Shown here: piece after piece, positions 24,797 to 32,000 of the stretch | Layout: each line of letters opens with the position of its first letter | Position numbering within the stretch: position 1 is the first letter of the stretch | DNA from: Pseudodesulfovibrio piezophilus C1TLV30 | GTDB lineage: Bacteria > Desulfobacterota > Desulfovibrionia > Desulfovibrionales > Desulfovibrionaceae | Assembly (NCBI RefSeq): GCF_000341895.1 | Contig: NC_020409.1 | Span: 3,332,411 to 3,364,410, forward strand | Reading direction: 5' to 3' | Length of the DNA stretch: 32,000 nt | Notes under the pieces: model-generated | The model's database searches: none | What the model was told of the DNA's origin: nothing | Seen by the model: only the letters and a program-made list of their open reading frames with translations | Translations under genes and position numbers: made by a program

Positions 24797-26215
24797 ATGA
24801 GCCAACTCTTTCGACATCTGCCAGCCATGGATCATATCCTCGGCGTTCTGACTGACGATCTGGATATTGCGTCTCTGCCTCGTCCTCTCATCAAGGAGCA
24901 TGCCGGGGCATTTCTCGATATTTGTCGAGAGGAGATCCGCAGCGGGGTCATTACCGACCAAGAGCACCTTGCATTAGACATTCTCAAGCCTCGATTGCTT
25001 GCCTATGTCAGGGCCAAGTCCCGGCCTCACTTTCGCCGTGTACTCAATGCAACCGGAGTGGTCGTTCATACAAATCTCGGGCGTTCTCTTTTGGCGAAAA
25101 CAGCCATTGAGGCCGTGGTCGAGGCGTGTGGGCATTATTCCAATTGCGAATTTGATCTTGCGACAGGGTTGCGGGGCAGTCGTTATTCCCATGTGGAAAA
25201 AATACTCTGTGACATAACGGGTGCTGAAGCTGCATTGGTGGTCAATAACAATGCTGCCGCTGTATTCATTATGCTTGAGACTCTGGCCAAGGGAAAAGAG
25301 GTCATCGTCTCCCGTGGACAATTGGTCGAGATTGGCGGCTCTTTCCGCATTCCAGATGTTATGACTAAATCCGGTGCGGTTTTGCACGAGGTCGGTGCCA
25401 CCAATCGGGCACATGTCCATGATTACGAGAACGCCATCAATGATGAGACGGGGGCGTTGATGCGCGTCCACACATCGAATTTTCGGGTTGTCGGTTTCAC
25501 AAAGGAAGTGACGTTGCAGGAAATGCGCGCACTTGGAGACAGGTATAATCTCCCGGTCATAGAAGACCTCGGGAGCGGAACTCTGTATGCTCTGGAAGGC
25601 GAGGGGTTGCTTGGTGAACCGACAGTCCAGCAAACAGTGGCCCAGGGGGCGGACGTCGTCTCTTTCTCCGGCGACAAAGTCTTGGGTGGTCCCCAAGCGG
25701 GTATCATTGTCGGGCGGAAGGAGTATATCGATCGGATCAAAAAGAATCCGATCAACCGTGCCATGCGTATCGACAAAATGACTCTGGCTGCGCTGGAGGC
25801 GACCTTGCGGTTGTATCTGGATATGGGCGAAGCGCGTAAAAAAGTACCGACACTGAAGATGATAACCGCTTCGCAAGAGTCGCTCAAAAGCAAGGCGCGT
25901 CGACTCGGTGACGGATTGCGAAGCGAACTGGGCGATCTGGCTCAGGTGTCCATGCGTAAAGGATTTTCCCGTGTGGGCGGAGGGGCATTTCCTGAATACG
26001 ATCTACCCGGAACCATGGTGACGCTCCATGTCGAAGGCCTTTCGGCTGAGGCCTTACGCACGGCATTGCTTGAGACGAATCCACCGTTGGTGGCCCGTAT
26101 TGAAGATGATCTGTTGGTGCTTGATCCTCGCACATTGGCTCAAAACGAACTCAAACTCGCGGCTTCAGCCCTTGGGCAGGCCGTGACAGCCCTGAATAGG
26201 AAGGAAATGTCATGA
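24797..26215 (+). CDS. selA: L-seryl-tRNA(Sec) selenium transferase (selenocysteine synthase)
   Basis: 472 aa with the N-terminal LPAMDHIL motif. The PLP-lysine region FSGDKVLGGPQAGIIVGRKEYIDRIKKNPINRAMRIDK is characteristic of SelA. Confidence 0.95.
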   Translation: MSQLFRHLPAMDHILGVLTDDLDIASLPRPLIKEHAGAFLDICREEIRSGVITDQEHLALDILKPRLLAYVRAKSRPHFRRVLNATGVVVHTNLGRSLLAKTAIEAVVEACGHYSNCEFDLATGLRGSRYSHVEKILCDITGAEAALVVNNNAAAVFIMLETLAKGKEVIVSRGQLVEIGGSFRIPDVMTKSGAVLHEVGATNRAHVHDYENAINDETGALMRVHTSNFRVVGFTKEVTLQEMRALGDRYNLPVIEDLGSGTLYALEGEGLLGEPTVQQTVAQGADVVSFSGDKVLGGPQAGIIVGRKEYIDRIKKNPINRAMRIDKMTLAALEATLRLYLDMGEARKKVPTLKMITASQESLKSKARRLGDGLRSELGDLAQVSMRKGFSRVGGGAFPEYDLPGTMVTLHVEGLSAEALRTALLETNPPLVARIEDDLLVLDPRTLAQNELKLAASALGQAVTALNRKEMS

Positions 26216-27597
26216 GTAAGAAAGATTCTCTTGAATATGAACCAAAATCCGCTTGGGATGTGTACACGTCCAAGAAGGATATCAAGGCCATGGACCAACT
26301 TGCTGACAGGTATGTTGATTTTCTGAGCCGATGCAAAACCGAGCGTCTCGTCATGGATTATGTCCGTGAAAAGGTTCAGAAAGCTGGTTTCGTGGATGAT
26401 CTCAAAGCTCCATTGGCATACCGTTTCAACCGGAACAAGACGTGTTTTCTGGCTCGCAAGGGCAAACGGCCGTTAAGTGAGGGATTCCGTCTGATTGGTG
26501 CCCATGCCGATTGTCCCCGTCTCGATTTGAAACAACGCCCTTTCTATGAAGACTTGGATATAGCCCTTGCCAAGACCCACTATTATGGAGGGATTCGGAA
26601 GTACCAATGGTTGACGATTCCACTGGCTTTGCATGGGACGGTGGTCAAGAAAGATGGCACAGTGGTCACTCTCTGCATCGGAGAGGATCCGGGTGATCCT
26701 GTCTTTACCGTGACGGATCTGCTGCCGCACCTTGCATACAAGGAAGTGGTCAAGAAGGTTGAAGACGCTTTTGAAGCGGAGAAGCTCAACCTGATAATGG
26801 GACACTCTCCTGTCCAGACGGGCAAGAAGGATGATGACGCCATCGTGGCTCCGGTAAAGCGGAAGATGCTGGAGTTGCTCAATAAAAAATACGGCATTGA
26901 TGAGGCCGATTTCCTGAGCGCGGAAGTGCAGGCGGTTCCGGCAGGCCCAGCCCGTTATGTGGGGTTGGACGAGGCTGTCATCGGCTCCTACGGGCAGGAT
27001 GACCGATCCAGTGTTTTTTGCGGCCTGGAGGCTCTGCTGGAAGAGACTCAGCCGGAGTATGCGCAGATTGTTCTGTTTTGGGATAAGGAAGAAATCGGTT
27101 CAGACGGCGCGACCGGTGCCAAGTCCCTTTTCTTTGAATACTGCATGGAAGAGTTGCTTGATGCTTGGGAGCCGGGTGCCCGTTTGTCAGGTGTCATGAT
27201 GAATGGGTCTGCCTTGTCCGCTGATGTTTCTGCCGCCATGGACCCTGATTACAAAGATGTTTATGAACCGCTCAATGCGGCACGTCTTGGTTATGGCCCA
27301 TGTTTCAACAAGTTTACGGGCCACCGTGGAAAGGTCGGTGCCAATGATGCCCATCCTGACTTTATTGGTTGGCTCCGCCGAATTTTTGATGATGCGGGTA
27401 TTCCCTGGCATATGTCTGAATTGGGCAAAGTTGATGTGGGCGGTGGTGGCACTGTGGCCAAATTCCTTGCCATCTATGGTATGGATGTCATTGATGTCGG
27501 TGTGCCGGTTTTGTCGATGCATTCCCCATTCGAGTTGGCAGCCAAAGCTGATATCTATGCCTGCACACTGGCTTTTAGGGAATTCTTGAAAAATTAG
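26212..27597 (+). CDS. M18 family aminopeptidase (aminopeptidase 1-like)
   Basis: 461 aa. The start overlaps the selA stop (ATGA). It has M18/M42-type metal-site regions (IGAHADCPRLDLK, WDKEEIGSDGATGA, SMHSPFE). Confidence 0.85.
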   Translation: MSKKDSLEYEPKSAWDVYTSKKDIKAMDQLADRYVDFLSRCKTERLVMDYVREKVQKAGFVDDLKAPLAYRFNRNKTCFLARKGKRPLSEGFRLIGAHADCPRLDLKQRPFYEDLDIALAKTHYYGGIRKYQWLTIPLALHGTVVKKDGTVVTLCIGEDPGDPVFTVTDLLPHLAYKEVVKKVEDAFEAEKLNLIMGHSPVQTGKKDDDAIVAPVKRKMLELLNKKYGIDEADFLSAEVQAVPAGPARYVGLDEAVIGSYGQDDRSSVFCGLEALLEETQPEYAQIVLFWDKEEIGSDGATGAKSLFFEYCMEELLDAWEPGARLSGVMMNGSALSADVSAAMDPDYKDVYEPLNAARLGYGPCFNKFTGHRGKVGANDAHPDFIGWLRRIFDDAGIPWHMSELGKVDVGGGGTVAKFLAIYGMDVIDVGVPVLSMHSPFELAAKADIYACTLAFREFLKN

Positions 27598-27623
27598 GCG
27601 AATGTTGGATTCGTGATGCCAAG

Positions 27624-27653
27624 GCCATGGGAATGTGTTCCCGTGGCTTTTTT
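27624..27653 (+). terminator. Rho-independent terminator after the aminopeptidase gene
   Basis: GCCATGGGA-atgtgt-TCCCGTGGC (one mismatch) followed by TTTTTT. Confidence 0.7.
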
Positions 27654-27851
27654 CATGAAAGGGGAGCGGGATGCAAGTGCATCGGGCAATTTGAAGATGC
27701 TCTTCGCCTTGGAAGACCGGCCTTTTGTGTGTGATGGCCGAGTGCCTGTCAGAGAGGGAGAGGCGGCTTCTTGTGGCCGTGGCTGATTTCAACTAGTATG
27801 CATAAGCTCATACTGAGAACATTTATTTCTTGAAAGAAGGGACACATATAC

Positions 27852-29759
27852 ATGCCTGTTATCATGGGAACCGCGGGACATATCGACCACGGTAAAACGA
27901 CTCTCGTCAAAGCGCTTACCGGGATTGATTGCGACCGACTCTCTGAAGAAAAAAAACGAGGCATTACCATAGAGCTGGGATTTGCCCACATGGATCTCGG
28001 AGATGGGAATCGGCTGGGTATCGTCGATGTTCCGGGGCATGAAAAATTTGTCAAAAACATGGTGGCCGGAGCCACTGGCGTGGATTTCGTTACTTTGGTT
28101 ATCGCGGCAGACGAGGGGATCATGCCTCAAACGAGGGAACATCTGGAAATCTGTCAACTGCTTGGTGTGACGACAGGGGTCGTCGCTCTGACAAAAGCAG
28201 ACATGGTGGATGCCGAGTGGTTGGAAATGGTGGAAGAAGAGGTGGCTCAATACCTTGAGCCGACTTTTTTGGGTGGATCGCCCATAGTGCAGGTCTCAGC
28301 CCACACCGGGGCAGGGCTGGATGCACTCAAGAATGCCATCCGTGAACTGATTGCCGAGTTCAAGCCAAGACGTCGTTCGGACCTTTTTCGTCTTCCGGTG
28401 GATCGTGTCTTCACGATGAAAGGACATGGGACGGTCATAACCGGAACGATGATATCCGGTTCTCTTTCCGTGGGAGAGGATATCCTCCTGTATCCTCAAA
28501 AGACTGAAACCAAAGTACGGAGCCTGCAATCTCATGGTGAAACCGTGGAGACCGCTCAGGCAGGGCGTCGAACTGCGGTCAATTTGCATGGCTTGGAGGT
28601 TGATGATATCCGGCGTGGCGATGTTCTTGCCCGTCCCGGCACCCTCTTTCCGTCCACTGTGTGGGACATTGAACTGACTGTCCTCAAATCATCGCATATT
28701 CCGCTTAAACATCGCCGGGAAATTCATTTTCACCATGGTGCACGAGAGGTGCTGGCCCGAATTTATCTATTGGATAGAGAGGAGCTTCAACCGGGGGAGA
28801 CCGCTGTCTGCCAGGCTCGTTTCGCGGCCCCCCTTGCCGGTGTTTATGGTGATCAAATCGTCCTTCGCTCCTTTTCTCCCCTGCGGGCATTTGCCGGTGG
28901 TCGGATTATCGGTCCCGTGGGACATGCCGTCAAGCGGTTCTCCGACGCAGTGGAAAGTCTCAAAATGTTGACGAGCGAGAGCCCTGAAGAAGTCGCTGCG
29001 ACGCAACTGGAGTTGGCCGGGGCCGACGGATTGACTTTCAGCGAGTTGCTGACGATGACCAATCTTGAATCAAAGGCATTGGAAAAGACTCTCGGTGTCC
29101 TCAACGGTCAACAAAAGGCCATCTTGTTCGATAAGGACTCGCGACGTTATGCGGGTGGGGTTCTGGCTCAGGACCTGAGTGATGAGCTGGTGCGTTTCCT
29201 GGTTGATTTTCACGCCAATGATTCCATGAAGCCGGGAATTCTGCGCGGCCAACTCGCCTCATCCTGGGGACGGGACCTGCCTCCCAAGCTTTTTCACTTT
29301 CTGCTTGAACGGCTACTCAAGAAGGGGGATGTGGTCGCGGAGCAGGAGGTTCTTCGACTCAAAGGGCACAAGGTTTCCCTCGCATCGGATCAGGAAAAGG
29401 TCCGTGAAACCATTCTCGCCGCATATGAGCAGGGAGGGGCGACACCGCCGAATCTGAAAGACGTGCTGAAGCCGCTGGGTATGGATTTCAAACAGGCTGC
29501 GCCGGTTTTTCGGTTGCTTCAGGACCAGGGGCTGTTGGTTCGCGTTAAGGATGACATGTATTCTTACGGCCCGGCAGTGACTGTGCTCAAGGAAAAGATT
29601 GTCGATTTTTTTGCAACGCATCAGGAAATGTCTGCCCCGGACTTTAAAGATATGACCGGTCTGTCGCGGAAATATCTAATCCCCATGCTCGAATATTTTG
29701 ACAAGGAAAAATTGACGGTCCGAGTCGGAGACGTCAGGCATTTTCGCAAACGGTCTTGA
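27852..29759 (+). CDS. selB: Selenocysteine-specific translation elongation factor
   Basis: 635 aa. G-domain motifs are [21 protein letters not shown] and TKAD. The long C-terminal extension is consistent with the winged-helix SECIS-binding domains of bacterial SelB. Confidence 0.95.
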   Translation: MPVIMGTAGHIDHGKTTLVKALTGIDCDRLSEEKKRGITIELGFAHMDLGDGNRLGIVDVPGHEKFVKNMVAGATGVDFVTLVIAADEGIMPQTREHLEICQLLGVTTGVVALTKADMVDAEWLEMVEEEVAQYLEPTFLGGSPIVQVSAHTGAGLDALKNAIRELIAEFKPRRRSDLFRLPVDRVFTMKGHGTVITGTMISGSLSVGEDILLYPQKTETKVRSLQSHGETVETAQAGRRTAVNLHGLEVDDIRRGDVLARPGTLFPSTVWDIELTVLKSSHIPLKHRREIHFHHGAREVLARIYLLDREELQPGETAVCQARFAAPLAGVYGDQIVLRSFSPLRAFAGGRIIGPVGHAVKRFSDAVESLKMLTSESPEEVAATQLELAGADGLTFSELLTMTNLESKALEKTLGVLNGQQKAILFDKDSRRYAGGVLAQDLSDELVRFLVDFHANDSMKPGILRGQLASSWGRDLPPKLFHFLLERLLKKGDVVAEQEVLRLKGHKVSLASDQEKVRETILAAYEQGGATPPNLKDVLKPLGMDFKQAAPVFRLLQDQGLLVRVKDDMYSYGPAVTVLKEKIVDFFATHQEMSAPDFKDMTGLSRKYLIPMLEYFDKEKLTVRVGDVRHFRKRS

Positions 29760-29784
29760 CACGATAAGGGAGTCCCTTTAGGCC

Positions 29785-30606
29785 ATGCTTATGAAGCGTA
29801 TGTGTATATCTTCTCCTCTTGGAGTGTTGTGCTCTCTTCTTCTGCTTTGTTCGTTTTCGACTCTCGCGGTCGGGTGTGCGGGGAAATTCGTTGGGCTGAA
29901 AGCGGTCGCCGCTGGGCAGGCCTTGGTCGATTCTGCCACGGAAACCGTACGAGGAGAGCTTGAGGGCGAACAAAAAGAGCTGATTGCCGCCCTTGTCGCA
30001 AAAGCCAAAGGCATTGTGATTCTGCCTGAGTGGGGAAGCGTCAGCTTTTTGTACTCATTGGGTGGCGGCAACGCTGTCATGCTGGTTCGGTCTGAGCAGG
30101 GCTGGAGAGGGCCGCTCTTTTTTGCCAAAGGGGCTGGCGGTCTTGGGCTTCAAGCTGGGATAACCAAAACATCCGGCATCATTTTTTATATGAATGAAGA
30201 GGATGTGCACTATGTCCTTGAAACCGGGGCTACTTTGCAGGGGCAGGCTTCGGTCATATTGATTGATAAGGAATACCAATTCAATCGGACTCCGGAATTT
30301 TTCGAAAGTGGCGAGGTTGTTTTCGTCGGAGAGACTCAAGGTATGTATGCCGGAGTCAGTCTGTCCGGTGGTGGCTTGTCAACTCGCCAAGACCTCAACG
30401 CAGCCTACCATGGAGTGGAAGATGGGAATCCCGAAGCAATTCTCTTCGGCACCAGTGTGCTCCCTGAAGGTGCGCGCACGCTCCTTGATCTGCTTGGCAC
30501 GGCTGAATCTTCTGTATTGCGTGAGGATGATTCGATAAAAACGAAAAAGGACGAAACCGAAGTTTCGTCCTTGACGGGATCACTTGGGGTGAGTGATGGG
30601 ACTTGA
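29785..30606 (+). CDS. Secreted or lipid-anchored SYLF (DUF500/Ysc84-like) domain protein
   Basis: The signal peptide ends in a possible lipobox (LAVGC). The core GGGNAVMLVRSEQGWRGPLFFAKGAGGLGLQAGITKTSGIIFYM fits the SYLF pattern. The last 22 nt overlap tRNA-His on the opposite strand. Confidence 0.7.
   Translation: MLMKRMCISSPLGVLCSLLLLCSFSTLAVGCAGKFVGLKAVAAGQALVDSATETVRGELEGEQKELIAALVAKAKGIVILPEWGSVSFLYSLGGGNAVMLVRSEQGWRGPLFFAKGAGGLGLQAGITKTSGIIFYMNEEDVHYVLETGATLQGQASVILIDKEYQFNRTPEFFESGEVVFVGETQGMYAGVSLSGGGLSTRQDLNAAYHGVEDGNPEAILFGTSVLPEGARTLLDLLGTAESSVLREDDSIKTKKDETEVSSLTGSLGVSDGT
30531..30572 (-). terminator. Rho-independent terminator of tRNA-His, lying inside the 3' end of the convergent SYLF CDS
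   Basis: On the minus strand, AAGGACGAAAC-TTCG-GTTTCGTCCTT is a perfect 11-bp stem with a UUCG tetraloop. It is followed by TTTCGTTTTTATCG and begins 12 nt after the tRNA 3' end. Confidence 0.6.
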
Positions 30607-30661
30607 ACCCACGGCCACTTGGGCCACAACCAAGTGCTCTACCAACTGAGCTACACCCACC
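30585..30661 (-). tRNA. tRNA-His (anticodon GTG) with encoded G-1 and CCA
   Basis: Hand-folded cloverleaf: G GTGGGTG TA GCTC AGTTGGTA GAGC A CTTGG TTGTGGC CCAAG TGGCC GTGGG TTCAAGT CCCAT CACTCAC C CCA. The extra 5' G opposite C73 is the His identity element. Confidence 0.9.
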
Positions 30662-30674
30662 GTGTGAGGGAAGT

Positions 30675-30703
30675 TTACTAGCGAAGGATTCCTCTACGGT
30701 CAA
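30675..30703 (-). promoter_or_regulatory. Candidate sigma70 promoter for tRNA-His
   Basis: The minus strand reads CTTGACC, then a 17-nt spacer, then TAGTAA. The -10 element ends 13 nt before the G-1 residue. The -10 match is weak. Confidence 0.35.
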
Positions 30704-30729
30704 GTAAAAGAATAAGAAAAAGGTAACAC

Positions 30730-31986
30730 ATGGATAAACTTATTATTGAAGGTGGCATCCCATTACATGGGAAAATTCAGGTCAGTGGCGCGAAAAATGC
30801 GGCTCTTCCCATTTTGATGGCCTGTCTTTTGGCAGAGGGAACGGTGCGTCTGAGCAATGTTCCCCGCTTGGCTGACATTCATACTTCTTTGAAATTATTA
30901 AATATACTTGGATGTGAAACGAGCTTTGATGTCAATGAAGTGACATCGACCTGTACTGGGCTAAAGCCTGAAGCTCCTTATGAGCTGGTCAAGACCATGC
31001 GTGCATCGGTCTTGTGCCTTGGTCCTTTGCTTGCTCATCTGGGTGAGGCGAAAGTCGCCCTACCCGGAGGGTGCGCCATCGGCGCGCGGCCTGTGGATTT
31101 GCATCTGCGTGGTATGGAACGGATGGGAGCGACTTTTGAGATTACCGAGGGGTTCATCAACGGCCGGTGCCCCGGAGGTCTCAAGGGTGCTCATATTTCC
31201 CTCGATTTTCCCACGGTAGGTGGAACGGAAAATCTGATCATGGCCGCATGCCTGGCTGATGGGACCACCACACTGGAAAATGCCGCAAGGGAACCGGAAG
31301 TCGTTGATCTCGCCAATTTCCTTAATGCAATGGGTGCCAAAATATCCGGTCAGGGGACCAGCGTGATAACGATTGAAGGGGTGACTGCTCTGAAAGGGTG
31401 CGAGTATCGCGTTATGCCGGATCGGATTGAGGCTGGTACCTATATGGTCGCTGCGGCTATTACCGGTGGTGAGTTGGAGATTCAGGACTGCCCATACCTT
31501 GACCTCGATGCCGTGAATTCCAAATTGCGTGAAATGGGTGTCCTGGTTCAGGAAAAAGATGGGTATGTTCTGGTTCGCAGAGAGAATGGATTGCTGACCA
31601 ACGTCGATGTGACAACTTTGCCGCATCCCGGTTTTCCGACAGATATGCAGGCCCAACTCATGGCCTTGATGTGTTTTGGGCAGGGCACGGGGACTATTGA
31701 AGAAAAGATTTTCGAAAATAGATTCATGCATGTGCTGGAATTGGTTCGTCTCGGTGCGGATGTCCGTCTCAAAGGGCGGACTGCGATGGTTAAGGGAGTG
31801 GGTAAGCTCATGGGAGCGCCGGTCATGGCCTCAGACCTCCGGGCCAGTGCCTCGCTTGTTCTGGCGGGACTGGCAGCGAGTGGCAGCACGACAGTGGAAC
31901 GAATTTATCATCTTGACCGTGGGTATGAGAATATCGAGGAAAAGCTTTCCGGTGTGGGAGCCAGGATCAGGCGTGTCAATGGCTAG
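30730..31986 (+). CDS. murA: UDP-N-acetylglucosamine 1-carboxyvinyltransferase
   Basis: 418 aa. The N-terminus is [29 protein letters not shown], and the active-site Cys sits in [15 protein letters not shown]. This is the canonical MurA layout. Confidence 0.95.
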   Translation: MDKLIIEGGIPLHGKIQVSGAKNAALPILMACLLAEGTVRLSNVPRLADIHTSLKLLNILGCETSFDVNEVTSTCTGLKPEAPYELVKTMRASVLCLGPLLAHLGEAKVALPGGCAIGARPVDLHLRGMERMGATFEITEGFINGRCPGGLKGAHISLDFPTVGGTENLIMAACLADGTTTLENAAREPEVVDLANFLNAMGAKISGQGTSVITIEGVTALKGCEYRVMPDRIEAGTYMVAAAITGGELEIQDCPYLDLDAVNSKLREMGVLVQEKDGYVLVRRENGLLTNVDVTTLPHPGFPTDMQAQLMALMCFGQGTGTIEEKIFENRFMHVLELVRLGADVRLKGRTAMVKGVGKLMGAPVMASDLRASASLVLAGLAASGSTTVERIYHLDRGYENIEEKLSGVGARIRRVNG

Positions 31987-32000
31987 ATGAGCACCTGGGT

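Noticed and set aside
27660-27800. A possible selC (tRNA-Sec) in the selB upstream spacer, suggested by a CTTCAAA-like string on the minus strand near 27690-27697.
   Set aside because: The flanking bases do not form an anticodon stem. There is no 8-bp acceptor stem, long variable arm or T-loop (GTTCGA-type). I could not fold a tRNA on either strand.
1-32000. In-frame TGA (selenocysteine) codons splitting a gene, looked for because selA and selB are present.
   Set aside because: All recognisable genes are intact single ORFs of expected length. I saw no adjacent ORF pair in the same frame separated by a single TGA. This is by eye only, so a SECIS and TGA scan would be the proper test.
1-32000. 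CRISPR arrays, IS elements with transposase or integrase genes, prophage genes, toxin-antitoxin pairs and known defence genes.
   Set aside because: I found no regularly spaced direct repeats, and no ORF with transposase, integrase, nuclease or defence-like motifs. The tRNA genes are not flanked by integrase or direct repeats. The window looks like core chromosome.

Overview
This window looks like a chromosomal segment from a sulfate-reducer-like deltaproteobacterium (Desulfovibrionaceae-like). That placement is an inference from gene content: an rnf operon led by a c3-type multihaem cytochrome, plus selenocysteine machinery. GC is roughly 50% by eye. Coding density is high and the genes are mostly housekeeping or metabolic.

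Gene order:
- rnfD (partial), rnfC and a cytochrome c (minus strand)
- a 730-bp AT-rich divergent region, then an AraC-family regulator
- larC-larE-larB, the nickel-pincer cofactor genes (minus strand), with no larA in the window
- an aldo/keto reductase with an Fe-S domain (minus strand) and a nitroreductase
- a LytTR response regulator, a LytS-type kinase and a CstA-family transporter
- MarR, a small cupin and an MFS transporter
- a PotD/A/B/C-like ABC importer fused into one operon with a cytoplasmic glycerophosphodiester phosphodiesterase
- a SulP/STAS anion transporter
- an unlisted 58-aa ORF and tRNA-Arg(TCT) (both minus strand)
- folC, selA, an M18 aminopeptidase and selB
- a SYLF-like secreted protein, tRNA-His(GTG) (minus strand) and murA

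I see no CRISPR array, IS element, integrase, phage gene or recognisable defence gene, and I cannot support a clear new system. The points most worth follow-up are:
- an RnfC that lacks the canonical GGAGFP flavin motif, next to an anchored cytochrome with five CXXCH motifs and a sigma54-like promoter
- the larCEB operon with no larA nearby
- the PotD-type importer coupled to a phosphodiesterase
- the hidden 58-aa ORF with a perfect Shine-Dalgarno sequence
- a tRNA-His gene and its terminator embedded in the 3' end of a convergent CDS
- an aminopeptidase inserted between selA and selB

All functional calls come from reading the translations and recalling family motifs. No database search was run.
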